The translations under genes were made by a program, and so were the position numbers. Below the pieces are notes generated by a model, which saw only the letters and a list, made by a program, of their open reading frames with translations, searched no databases and was not told the origin of the DNA. Below are positions 1 through 12,010 of a stretch of DNA of 64,000 nt, one piece after another. Numbering within the stretch: position 1 is the first letter of the stretch; every line of letters begins with the position of its first letter. Source of the stretch: Octopus sinensis (lineage: Eukaryota); assembly GCF_006345805.1 (NCBI RefSeq), contig NC_043022.1, positions 6,572,001 to 6,636,000 on the forward strand, in the 5' to 3' direction.

Positions 1-189
1 CCCCTAGATCAATCCTGATCCGACAACACATCAAAGAGGATTCACTTATGACCATCCGAGCTCCTCTTCCTGCTCCCTAATATAAGAGACATGTCCTTCT
101 TTGTTACATAAGGCAGTAAGACGTAAGTTAAGTGGCGTCTGGCTATTCATTAGTCCTAGCAAATCATCGTCATTTGGTCACGCTTATTG

Positions 190-420
190 CCTGGATCACC
201 AAAGGCTTGCTCTCTCCATTCCGTTTGGTCATCCACTGCACATGCTAGATCATCTTGGGAGCACTCAGAGGCCTCACGCACTTGCTTTATGTAAGTTCAA
301 GGTAGGCTACCAAAATTTGCGTTCCCATGCTTCAATTTACAAAGAAGAATGTCACTGATGACCTCAGCCTTTGCTCTCCACCAATGTCTAGCTGGTCAAA
401 TGACCACATGTGGACTCTTT
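190..420 (-). mobile_element. Degraded RTE/RTE-X LINE 3' relic
   Basis: Minus-strand translation GSLP*TYIKQVREASECSQDDLACAVDDQTEWRE resembles the GRP..TY...DR..WR C-terminus of RTE-type ORFs; it contains stops. Confidence 0.35.
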
Positions 421-889
421 CATTGGTTCAAGGTGTGTGTGTGTCCGTGTAAGGCATGGACAACTTCAGTCAATATTGTAAACTTTCGACAGAAGAGAGG
501 ACACAGCAATCTGCCACAAGGTTAACACCAACTGCTACTTGTTATTTTCAGAGAATGAACTGAAGTGCCTTGCTCAAGGACACAATGTGTGGCATGGCAC
601 AGGAGCTAAACATGATCTTACTAGAATCATGAGCCCAACACCTAAGACATCCAGATCACATGCCTTCGTAAGTCCTGGGGAACAAGTGAAATAACTATAT
701 GGGTATATTGTGTACTACCAACTTAGAGATTGTGAGTTCAAATAACTGGAGGATATCTAACTGTACTCACCTCAGCTTAGATTCTATCTGCTAATAGCAT
801 CAACTGGTTGAAAAGTTGAAATGTGAGGCCTTACTTGAAGAGCATGCTGGTTGCCCACCCCCACCTCTCTCAACACATAAATATATATA

Positions 890-1300
890 TCAGAATCGAA
901 ATCGATCAATGGAAATCGATCAATGGAAATTGCAGATGTGTTACCAGTGCCGGTGGCATGTAAGAGAACTTTCCGTTTCGCGACCGTTGCCAGCACCGCC
1001 CCGTTTCGTGTCCGTTGCCAGCCTCGCCTGGCCCTCATGCTGGTGGCACATAAAAAGCACCATCCGTTCGTGGCCGTTTGCCAGCTCTGTCTGGCACCAG
1101 TGCGGGTGGCACGTAAAAAGAACCCACTACACTCACGGAGTGGTTGGCGTTAGGAAGGGCATCCAGCCGTAGAAACACTGCCAGATTTGACTGGGCCTGA
1201 TGAAGCCTTCTGGCTTCACAGACCCCAGTAGAACCGTCCAACCCATGCTAGCATGGAAAATGGACGCTAAATGATGATGATGATGATGATGATGATGATT
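890..1300 (+). mobile_element. 5'-truncated RTE 3'-UTR copy (SINE-like) with (ATG)n tail
   Basis: Matches 52950-53397 (gtggcacgtaaaaagcacc subrepeats, cactcacggagtggttggcgttaggaagggcatccagc, catgctagcatgga) and ends in (gat)n. Confidence 0.85.
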
Positions 1301-1666
1301 ATTTCTTTACTACCCACAAGGGGCTAAATAATAGAGGGGACAAACAAGGACAGACAAACGGATTAAGTCGATTACATCGACCCCAGTGCGAAACTGGTAC
1401 TTAATTTATCGACCCCGAAAGGATGAAAGGCAAAGTCGACCTCGGCGGAATTTGAACTCAAAACGTAACGCCAGACGAAATACGGCCACGCATTTCGCCC
1501 GGCGTGTTAACGATTCTGCCAGCTCGCCGCCTTTTAATTTATCGACCCCGAAAGGATGAAAGGCAAAGTCGACCTCGGCGGAATTTGAACTCAGAACGTA
1601 ACGCCAGACGAAATACGGCTACGCATTTCGCCCGGCCTGCTAACGTTTCTGCCAGCTCGCTGCCCT
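1300..1666 (-). mobile_element. tRNA-derived SINE (family A) with a duplicated 5' half
   Basis: B-box-like gagttcaaattcc on minus; body near-identical to copies at 6.4, 7.3, 13.8, 16.6, 35.5, 40.1 and 62.4 kb; head segment repeated at ~133-bp period. Confidence 0.85.
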
Positions 1667-2334
1667 TAAATATATATATAGATTACACAAGATGTTCAAC
1701 ACGAATGGAGTAACAGCTGGCTGTCTACAGGAAACAATACAAACAAGTAAATAAAAAAATGTACAAACTGAACCCAGCCAAGCGTAAACAATGGTTATAG
1801 GCCCTGCTGTATGGTGAACAGGTTCTGTTTATACATCATTTAGGGTACAATTCTCGTCACGTGCATGCATATATATGTGAATATGTATTGTATGTATTGG
1901 GAGAATAATTTTTATAAGCACTAATGGTTTTTTTCTCATTATGACTAAATTTTCCACTGATGAAAAATTATTTTTGTCTCACCACATCAAGTTTGGTAGC
2001 CTGTATTAAATATTTCATATATATATATATATATAAATATATAATAATAATATACAATAACAGGAACCAAGGGGTGGAACGAAACGACGAATCGGAAATA
2101 TATATATTCTTTTACTTGTTTCAGTTATTTGACTGTGGCCATGTTGGAGCACCACTTTTAGTTGAATAAATCAACCCCAGGACTTATTCTTTGTAAGCCT
2201 ATTATTTTATCAGTCTCTTTTCCCAAACCACTAAGTTATGGAGACGTAAATACACCAACATCAGTTGTCAAGTGATGGTGGGGGAACAAACACACACACA
2301 CACAAATACATACACACACACACATATATATATA

Positions 2335-2600
2335 TATAATGGGAAGCTTTATGAAAATAGACAAAAGACGAAGGCAGGTTTACGGAAATAAACAAAAGAC
2401 GAAGGCAGGTGGAATACAAACAAACAATTGTATTAGTATGGCGCTCAGGAAATATAAATAAAACAAGTCTTTAACGTTTCAAGCCTACGCTCTTCAACAG
2501 AAAGATACACAGAGAAGAAACACAGAAAGAAGGAGAGAAAAAAAATGCGTGCAGAGGCTAGCGAATCAACATGGCGATCTGATTTCGGCCGGAATATATA
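2335..2600 (-). mobile_element. Penelope-like element terminal-repeat fragment
   Basis: Non-SINE repeat-like segment carrying a minimal hammerhead-like motif, which is typical of PLE pseudo-LTRs; it has an internal direct repeat, caaaagacgaaggcagg. Confidence 0.5.
2468..2505 (-). ncRNA. Candidate minimal type I hammerhead ribozyme (variant core)
   Basis: Minus strand TCTTT-CTGTTGAA-GAGC gtag GCTT-GAAA-CGT-T-AAAGA: stem I TCTTT/AAAGA, stem II GAGC/GCTT, palindromic loopless stem III (AACGTT). The core deviates from CUGANGA. Confidence 0.45.
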
Positions 2601-3152
2601 TATATAGAATTGGCTTCTTTCAGTTTCTGTCTACCAAATCCACTCACAGGCTTTGGGTAGCCCGAGGGTATAGTAGAAAACACTTGCCCAAGGTGCCCCG
2701 CAGTCGGACTGAACCCAGACCCATGTCGTTCTTCTACTCAACTCCTTTTATTGTATCGTATCCGGCTTTACTTTATTTCATTCCCTTCTGCTTCCCCATT
2801 TTACTATATCCGGGTCTTCATTTTATTTTTACTTTCTTTCCTGTCTTCCTACTTTACTTATCCTACTAACTGTATTACTATTCTTTTATTTGTTTCAGTC
2901 ATTTGACTATGGCCATGCTGGAACATCGCCTTTAGTCGAACAAACACAGACACACAAACATACACATGTATATAACTAACGGGCTTCTTTCAGTTTCCAT
3001 CTACCAAATCCACTCACAAGGCTTTGGTCAGCCCAAGGCTACAGTAGAGTACACTTGGCCAACGTGCTGTGCAGTGGGACTGAACCCGGAACCATGTGGT
3101 TGGTAAAAAAGTTATTTACCACACAGCCACTCCTGTGCCTATGTCCACTTAA

Positions 3153-3372
3153 CCCTTAGTGTTCGCATTATTCTGCCAAAATTAATCCTTTTTTATCCAC
3201 ATTGTTTTGAACTAATCATGCATTATCTTGTAGCTATGAGATTTTGATGAGGTAGCTGTTAATTTTTAAAACGATATTGTAGGGTTGGTGTGAGAGACCA
3301 GATCTGGCCAGTTTGACCATAAAAAATGCTGAATACTTTTGGCCAGATATGGCCGGTTTAAATGCTAAAGGG
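3153..3372. mobile_element. piggyBac-like MITE (TTAA-flanked)
   Basis: TTAA|ccctt ... aaaggg|TTAA; body shared with 29305-29523 and 36613-36832. Confidence 0.65.
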
Positions 3373-3596
3373 TTAATATACAAAAACACACACACACATA
3401 TGTATATATATATCAAACTAACCAGCATTTTGCTGACCTAGCAGAGGTAAGACAATTTTATTGTTCACTGGAATTTTTTCCTGTCAGGGTTGCATTCATC
3501 TTGCGACTACTCAGTGGCACAGAAGTATTTTGACTTCTATTTTTAGCAATGCAGGTGCTTACATAGTACCCATATATATATTTTTCTTTTCTTTTT

Positions 3597-3784
3597 CTTT
3601 TTTACTTGTTTCAGTCATTTGACTGCGGCCATGCTGGAGCACCGCCTTTAGTCGAGCAATTCGACCCCAGGAATTATTCTTTGTAAGCCCAGTACTTATT
3701 CTATTGGTCTCTTTTTGCCGAACTGCTAAGTGACGGGGACGTAAACACACCAGCATCGGTTGTCAAGCGATGCTAGGGGGACAA

Positions 3785-3819
<35 letters not shown>

Positions 3820-3992
3820 GATATATACGACAGGCTTCTTTCAGTTTCCGTCTACCAAATCCACTCACAAGGCACTGGTCGGCCCGGGGCTATAGCAGAA
3901 GACACTTGCCCAAGATGCCACGCAGTGGGACTGAACCCGGAACCATGTGGTTGGTTAGCAAGCTACTTACCACACAGCCACTCCTGCGCCTA
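3597..3992 (-). mobile_element. tRNA-derived SINE (family B)
   Basis: Head ggcgcaggagtggctgtgtggtaag...gggttcagtccc on minus, central (CA)/(TA) tract, tail cagtcaaatgactgaaacaagtaaa; many copies in the window. Confidence 0.85.
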
Positions 3993-5996
3993 TATATATA
4001 TAATTTATTAATTCTGCCTGTACGGCTGGTATTCGCTGCAACTATTGATGGTATTTTGATAGCACTACCCTCACTCTCATATTTCTTTACATGAACCTAA
4101 TATATTCATGGTGTATGTCCAACTGACTTCTTTTGTCCTGGGATTTGCCTACACACATACACATGCACACAGAGTTTCACATATGTAACAGAATGAGTTG
4201 AAAAGCGCTTTTCTCTCCTCACTCTAAATAGCTACCACAAAGACATCCAACTGAATGTGCTATCACAATACAACCGGTGTTTAACACACCTGTGTTAAAC
4301 AGGTGTGTCTCCACTGACTGACCCTTTGGGAGGCAGTCTTTATCCAACACTCAATTCAACACCTGCTAACATTCAGGTTAGGTCTCTGATTTGTGGATAT
4401 CTTCCTCTTCCCTCTGCCACCAGTTTTGGCAACCCTGAGAAAGTAAAGGGTCATGAGCACTGCCCTTCCTTAATCAATGCTAGTATTTATCCCTTCAACA
4501 TTCTGATTCCTCTATCAAATGTAAAACTTATTTACTCTTTACTCTTTTACTTGTTTCAGTCATTTGACTGCGGCCATGCTGGAGCACCGCCTTTTAGTCA
4601 AGCAAATCGACCCCGGGACTTATTCTTTGTAAGCCCAGTACTTATTCTACCGGTCTCTTTTGATGACATCTCTCACTCCAGATCCAGCCTCTCACTCCTG
4701 TTCTACAATGTCATTCTGAAAGTGAAACAACCACATCATCAAAATCCCTAAGATATGAGATAATCCATGATTAATTGTAAATAATGTGAATAAATAAGCA
4801 TTACATTTGACAGAAGACACTTGCCCAAGATGCCACGCAGTGGGACTGAACCCGGAACCATGTGGTTGGTTAGCAAGCTACTTACCACACAGCCACAACG
4901 ACATTGCAGGACTGGTGTGAAAGGCTGAATCTGGTCAGTTCAAACATAGTTAGACTGTTTCAGCTAGATATGACCAGTTTAAATGCTAAGGGATTAAACG
5001 ACCTGAAGTGACTAAAGAACACAACGTACTGAACTTATTGTTCTTCCGATCCATTGTCCTGGCTTTTGATTTATGCACAAGGACCACGTAACTGGCATCC
5101 ATGCCAGTGGCATGTAAAAAGCACCTTTTGAGTGTTGGGCCTCACAAATGACCGAGACCTTTGGCAATATGCTGTGCTTGAGTAGAAGACCCATCAAGCC
5201 AAGTGAAATCATAGTCACACAACTGGCACGTAAAAGCACCCATTACACTCTGCCAGCTCAACAGGAATAAATTATAAAGCACAGGCTCGTTTATGATTAG
5301 ATAATGACTGACGTTAGAACCTGTCAGTCAAATGTCATGTGTGGAAGGTAGCAGCAGCATTTTCTGACTTATGACACACCAGTCATAAATCATTATAAGA
5401 TCATAACATATCAAAACTTGGTCATGCACACAAACACACACAATCACTCTCTACTGTCAAAACAACCCCACTGTCAGCCCCTCTTACCCTAGTCTTGTTT
5501 AGGTCTTTTGTCAACGAGCTATTTTTTACTAATGGTCCTTTTAGAAATAGTATTAAGAAAATGATCAAAACATTTTGCATGTTCTAGAAGTATAATCAAA
5601 GTATTGCTCATAAATTTTAAGAAGAAAATCTGGATTATATGGACCCCAGGTGAGAACCGCTAAGATGGAGCCAGTGAACCCATAGTTGCACGTTTTAAAA
5701 TTAAGTAACCAGACAACTAGGGGCAGCAGTCAGGGGGAGGGGGGCATCAATGAGATTGTTGGTCAATTTCCAAAAGAAAAACTGCCCTCTCTTCATGAAA
5801 TAGCAGCCTAAATCCCACTTTGTCAGCTTAAAAAAAGGAAGGCTATATTGGACAATGCGATCCCAATTACACAGTGCTTGAATTCTATTCGAGAGATGTC
5901 ACCTGTTAGCTACAAAAGGTCTCTCTTTCAGAGTGAAAGCCAAGCTGTATGATGCCTTTATATGAGTAGCAATGCTACATGGTAGTGTGACATGGA

Positions 5997-6221
5997 CAGG
6001 GCTGTGGAGTGGAAACAAAAAACTTTGACTCCGACCCCTCTTTATGTAATCAAGTGGTTGTGGTCTACATATCTCATAAAGCTTATGCATAAGCTTGCAC
6101 TCTGAGTCGGCTTCTGTGTTGTAACTGGTTTAGATTAAAGAATAAAGATATTGTGAGTCGGAGTCGGTATAGTTTTACTGACTCCAGCTACCCCTTAATT
6201 GACTCCGACTCCACAGCCCTG
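5997..6221. mobile_element. hAT-like MITE
   Basis: Perfect 14-bp TIR CAGGGCTGTGGAGT/ACTCCACAGCCCTG; 8-bp TSD GACATGGA/GACATGGG; internal gactcc/ggagtc repeats. Confidence 0.85.
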
Positions 6222-6357
6222 GACATGGGTTCTGAATGCAGAGGACATGCAAAGACTGGAAAGAAATGAAGCTAGCATGCTCTATTGAATGTACAATGTG
6301 CATATATAACAAAGTGCTAATGTGCTGAGAGAAAAATTAATCAAATGGTTAAATATA

Positions 6358-6586
6358 TATTTCTTTACTACCCAAAAGGGGCTAAACACAGAGGGGACAA
6401 ACAAGGACAGACAAAGGGATTAAGTCGACTACATTAACCCCAGTGCGTAACTGGTACTTAATTTATCGACCCCGAAAGGATGAAAGGCAAAGTCGACCTC
6501 GGCGGAATTTGAACTCACAACGTAACGGCAGATGAAATACGGCTACGCATTTCGCCCGGCGTGCTAACGTTTCTGCCAGCTCACCC
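6358..6586 (-). mobile_element. SINE family A
   Basis: Near-identical to the other family A copies. Confidence 0.85.
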
Positions 6587-7265
6587 AGAAGAGAAGACTG
6601 CACTGAGTGGTGTGGATGGAGGAGGAGGAGAGCTGCATAGAGAAGTGCCAGTTGTTTAATGTAGATGGGACTTGTAGAAGAAGGAAACCAGCAAAAGACA
6701 AGATGCTGAGTTTCGCAGAGGTGGTGACAAAGAAAAAGCTATTTGGTGTGCCTGAGAAGAGAAATGCGGTCCCTCTTGTTTATGCTCGCCTTGCTCTTCT
6801 GCCCCATTAAGTACACTCTGCATCTCACCTCATTAACACCCATCCCTCCATTCTGGTACTTATTCTATCAGTCTCTTTTTATCAAACTGCTAAGTTATGA
6901 GGATGAAAACAAACAAACACTGGTTTTATCAAGCAGTGGTGGGGGACCCCCCTCACACACACACACATACACACAGGCTACTTTCAGTCTGCATCTACCA
7001 AATCTGCTTGCAAGGCTTTGGTTGGTCCAGGGGCTATATTAGAAGACACTTGCCTAAGGTGCCATACAGTGGGACCGAACTCAGAACCTTGAGGTTAGGA
7101 AGCAAGCTTCTTATCACACACCCATGCCTACATCTAATGAAAATGATGATGATGATGATGATGATGATATAAAATAAACAAGTGTCACAGATGAACCACT
7201 TCCTGATTGAATAAGTTTTTTGGACAATCACTTAGTCTGAGTTTGGGTGAGGTCTTTCATCGTGT

Positions 7266-7483
7266 TTTCTTCTTTCTTTACTGCCCACAAGGGGCTAAAC
7301 AAGGACAGACAAAGGGATTAAGTCGATTATATCGCCCCCAGTGCGAAACTGGTACTTTATTTATCGACCCCGAAAGGATGAAAGGCAAAGTTGACCTCGG
7401 CGGAATTTGAACTCAGAACGTAACGACAGACGAAATACCGCTAAGCATTTCGCCCGGCGCGCTAACGTGTCTGCCAGCTCGCC
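7266..7483 (-). mobile_element. SINE family A
   Basis: Near-identical to the other family A copies. Confidence 0.8.
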
Positions 7484-8079
7484 CATCATGTTTTCTGTAT
7501 ACAGCTTAGGGTACCAGATTGGATGTAGGGGAAGGAGAGGGGCTTTCAGTATTTCATTTTGTGGTTAGCAAACATGGAAGGCCCGTCTGAGCCAGCTGTT
7601 AAATAAAACAGACAAAAATAATTGCTCTTGTATTATCAGAGAGATTGTATATGTGAGACGCTCCCCACCACCACTTGGGCCTCTGCAGTCAGACAAAGAA
7701 AGAATAAATATTTAGAACAACCAAAGAAAGATGTTAAAATAAAAGTCGAATGGAATGAATTGTGCAGTCTGGCTTTTTGTTTCAGGTTAATTTAATGAAA
7801 TAATTCAGAAAGAAAGGAATCACGTTGTTAATGAAGTTCATATGAAAGAGGGCCATGTCCAACACAGATAATCTACCTGCACTATGTTCAAACAGGCCAG
7901 ATCTAGCCCCTTACACCTACCCCTACAATGTTATTCTACAAACGAAAAAAAAACCACATCACCAAAACATGAAAGCTCTGAGATAATACGATTAAAGGAA
8001 AACGATGAGAAATAAATAAGCATTACATTTGACAGAGTAATCAGAACGCTGAAAGGGTTGAATGGCTATTGTTTGTTGT

Positions 8080-8460
8080 CGGGGTGAGGTTTGACCTAGT
8101 TTCACTGACCAACAGCTTCCCAGCCATAGTCCTACCATCTACTAGATGTCAGTATTATTGTACATCCCATACATCAGCTTATGTGTCCACCACGACTACC
8201 ACCACAAGAGCAGCTGACAGAAGAGGAAGAGCGATAGGCATGGTTCACATCCAACCTACAATCAAGAGACTCTGCTCTCATCCTCCAAGCATCGATGAAA
8301 CAAATTGCATTCAGGTGCTTTAGTTGTTCCATTCTCCAAAATGTGTTGAGGCCATCACCATCATATCGGTAGTACAATGAAGGGGATGCAATATTTGTTT
8401 TAACTCTCAAAATTGCAGTGTGGGCCCAACATGTCAAAGAATAGACCCAACATTTCCTCT
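8080..8460 (-). mobile_element. Degraded CR1/L2/Jockey-group LINE RT C-terminal relic
   Basis: Translation ..RVKTNIASPSLYYRYDGDG resembles the HRRNVASLSLFYRYY.G.C motif of these RTs. Confidence 0.5.
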
Positions 8461-8761
8461 GCAACTAAAAGCAGGTGAAGTAGGATTTGACCTCCAGCCT
8501 TGTCAAACCCTCACCAGCAAAGACTACCTCAACAAACAGACCAATGAGTTGGAGAGGGTTGTCACCTGAATGGTGCAATGGTGTCATCCACCAGGAGTTG
8601 TAGGGAATCACCAACAAATGGCGTATGCAGTGACACAATGTCACAGCACATGCCCCTATACTACTACTAACAGAACTAAAATAAGGAAATGCCACCATTA
8701 CAAGAGCACTACATTAAATATACTTCCATCATTACAATAACGCCACATGGAATATACATAC

Positions 8762-8840
8762 ATCATCACTGTCATCTCCAAAAATACTGGGTTTTCCACG
8801 AACAAATCCATTCTGTTTCTTTGAAAAGAACAATCCATAT
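8762..8840 (-). CDS. NSRP1: NSRP1 (CCDC55) coding exon 2
   Basis: Acceptor ttttatttttatcttttag, donor GTATGT, 79 nt (1+26 codons) encoding YGLFFSKKQNGFVRGKPSIFGDDSDD; phase matches exon 1. It resembles the NSRP1 N-terminus (human ..RQYGLILPKK...KPSVFGNDSDDD, recalled). Confidence 0.85.
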
Positions 8841-10384
8841 CTAAAAGATAAAAATAAAATTTTCTTATATTTCACAAGAACGGATGTCATTTTACACACA
8901 CACACACACACAAAAAGGTATCAGAAGACTACACTGGTATGTACCATTGATGTGAATGGATGTGGACAGTTGTTTGAAGAAATGGTGTTCACTTAATGTG
9001 GCTGGAACCCACAGAAGAGGAAGACTCGGGAAGACAAAGTGGTGAAAGCTGACCTGAGAACAACAGTGAGCCAGACAGATGACATGGCAAAGAGCTGGGA
9101 TCCCTAGCAATGTGAGATTCTCAGTAGGACTCACTCTTCTAAGCAAAACTGAGCTCTGAAAGTTCTATGTTTTGGGTTATCCACCCGTTACAGTGACTCC
9201 CCACTACGCATGCCTACTTCTTCCCCGTCCACCTCGGTTCTGTTTGACTACCCAACCATATAATCCACCCCACCACTGACTATCATCTTCACTACCCCTG
9301 GCTTCTTGCATCCCACCCCACTCTCCTGCATCCCCTTCAATGCCCCCCAACACCCACCCTCTCCTACTCACCTTGTGCCTTGTGGGGCTCCTTGGGCACC
9401 TCAGTGCCATCATCTATCTCTTGCAGCTCCTACTGATCATTTTCACTCTCTCTCTCTCTCTCTCCCACTTTCCCCTACAAGACGTGAGTAGCCATGCAGG
9501 GCTCTCTTCAGGAACTCTACCTACCTTCATACCCCATAGTAATCTCCTTGTACCCAAGCATGAAGCTGCCCCCCCCCACCTCTCTTGAGACTCATATGCC
9601 CTGCAAACTACATGGTGACCTTAATGCTGCAGGTGACATACAAAAAGCACCCAGTCCCTGCTGTAAAGTGGTTGACGTTAAGAAGGGCATCCAGCCATGC
9701 TAGAACAGGTATTGAAACTCAAAGCAATCCTTGGACACACACTGGTTCATGTCAAACCATCCAACTCATGCTAGCATAGAACATGGACATCAAATGATGA
9801 TTACATACATACATATATATATCATCATCATCATCACCGTTTAACGTCCATTCTCCATGCTAGCATGGGTTGGACGGTTCAACTGGGGTCTGGGGAGCCC
9901 GAAGGCTGCACCAGGCCAGTCAGATCTGGCAGTGTTTCTACAGCTGGATGCCCTTCCTAACGCCAATGTCAACAACACGACAACAGCAGCAGTGACAACA
10001 ATGGCAATAACGACAACAACTACCACGATTTTTGGGGTCTTAGGACAGCAGCAGCGTAATGGGGTGAGAGGATGGGGCTGCTGAGGGAAAGGCCACACTG
10101 CTGCTAAAAACTATGACACACACACACACACAAACAAGGAAACTTACACATGTGCACACAACGATACACATCTTAGAAGAAGAGAATGGAGTAAGTGGAG
10201 CAAAAACACACACGAAAATGAAGTGTCGCTGAAGAGGTCACAAATGTGTGACAAAAGATATCTCAGTCAAAATAAGAACAGTAATAAATGAGTGAAGAAA
10301 AAATATATAGCGTGTGTTTATTTGGCAAAAGAAAAACAAAATGACCATCCCGAAATATAATATTTAGGTTTTAATTATATACAA

Positions 10385-10732
10385 AAAGCGAAATCGAAAT
10401 CAAATTGAACCATCCAGGATCCCTGGTCTGGTGGTACGTAAAAAGCACTATCCGACTCGTGGCCGATGCCAGCGCCGCCTCGACTGGCTTCCATGCTGGT
10501 GGCACGTAAAATGCACCAATCCGACCGTGGCCGTTGCCAGCCTCGCCTGGCACGTAAAAAGCACCCACTACACTCACGGAGTGGTTGGCGTTAGGAAGGG
10601 CATCCAGCTGTAGAAACACTGCCAGATAAGACTGGAGCCTGGTGCAGCCTTCTGGCTTCCCAGATCCCCGGTCGAACCGTCCAACCCATGCTAGCATGGA
10701 GAACGGACGTTAAACGATGATGATGATGATGA
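10385..10732 (+). mobile_element. RTE 3'-UTR copy with (ATG)n tail
   Basis: Same motifs as 52950-53397. Confidence 0.8.
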
Positions 10733-10929
10733 CAAATAGCTCTGATAAATGTTAATACATGAAACATTCAACCTTTGAGTCACTCTCTGTTGTTTCTGCT
10801 AAATATTAATAATCTATATACATGTGTGTTTGTGGGGGGTGGGGGTAGATACCTAGTGGTCAGGGTGTTGCACTCATGATCCAGCTATTGTGATTTCAAT
10901 TCTTAGAATCCAGGGTCTCTACAGCTGGA

Positions 10930-11530
10930 TCATCATCATTTAACATTCACTTTCCATGTTGGCATGGGTTGGACGGTTTGACTGAAGAACTGGCAAGCCA
11001 GGAGGCTGCACCAAGCTCCAATCTGATCTGGCAAGGTTTCTACAGCTGGATGTCTTTCCTAATGCCAACCACTCCGAGAGTGTAGTGGGTGCTTTTTATG
11101 TGCCCTTCCTAATGCCAACCACTTTACAGAGCATCCTAAGTGCTTTATACATGGCACCAGCAGCTGTGGGTTACCAAATACTTGCAAGACAGACCCTTCA
11201 GCTGGGAGAATGAGTGGTACAGAGGGAGGGGGGCTTTGTGCTGAAGGGCCAGTTGAGAGGTTAAAGTATAATAGAAGGATAAATAATAGTATCTTATACA
11301 CACACACATCATCATCATTGTTTAACATCCGCTTTCCATGCTAGCATGGGTTGGATGATTTGACTGAGGTCTGGCAAATCAGATGGCTGCATCTGGCAGA
11401 GTTTCTACAGCTGGATGCCCTTCCTAATGCCAACCACTCCGAGAGTGTAGTGGGTGCTTTTACGTGCCACCGGCACGAGGGCCAGTCAGGTGGTACTGGC
11501 AACAGCCACGCTCAAGTGGTGTTTTTTTAT
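10930..11530 (-). mobile_element. Cluster of two RTE-tail-type fragments
   Basis: Two (cat)n...ttccatgctagcatgggttgga...ctacagctggatgcccttcctaatgccaaccactccgagag blocks, at ~10930 and ~11308. Confidence 0.7.
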
Positions 11531-11639
11531 GTGCCACCGACACAACCTCACACAAATATATTTTCACGTGCCATATATAATTCCACACTAAAAAAAAGTA
11601 ATGAAATTAATTCATATGCTGCTCATTAAATGGTTAAAT

Positions 11640-12010
11640 GAGTGGCTGTGTGGTAAGTAGCTTGCTAACCAACCTCATGGTTCCAGGTTCAGTCCCACTG
11701 TGTGGCATCTTGGGCAAGTGTCTTCTGCTATAGCCCCGGGCCGACCAATGCCTTGTGAGTGGATTTGGTAGACGGAAACTGAAAGAAGCCTGTCGTATAT
11801 ATATATATATGTGTGTGTTTGTCCCCCTAGCATTGCTTGACGACTGATGCTGGTGTGTTTACGTCCCCGTTACTTAGCGGTTCGGAAAAAAGAGACCGAT
11901 AGAATAAGTACTGGGCTTACAAAGAATAAGTCTCGGGGTCGATTTGCTCGACTAAAGGCGGTGCTCCAGCATGGCCGCAGTCAAATGACTGAAACAAGTA
12001 AAAGAGTAAA
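11640..12010 (+). mobile_element. SINE family B
   Basis: Plus-strand copy of 3597-3992. Confidence 0.85.

Larger units (their letters stand above)
5900..6790 (+). mobile_element. Degraded RTE LINE RT C-terminal relic interrupted by a MITE and a SINE
   Basis: LLATKGLSFRVKAKLYDA..AMLHGS.TW then (after the MITE) AEDMQRLERNEASML matches the RTE at 52200-52400; it continues after the SINE at ~6590. Confidence 0.75.

Noticed and set aside
7560-7700. NSRP1 exon 3 at two acceptor-like sites
   Set aside because: The phase-0 translations do not resemble the expected continuation and have no good donor; exon 3 is probably outside the window.
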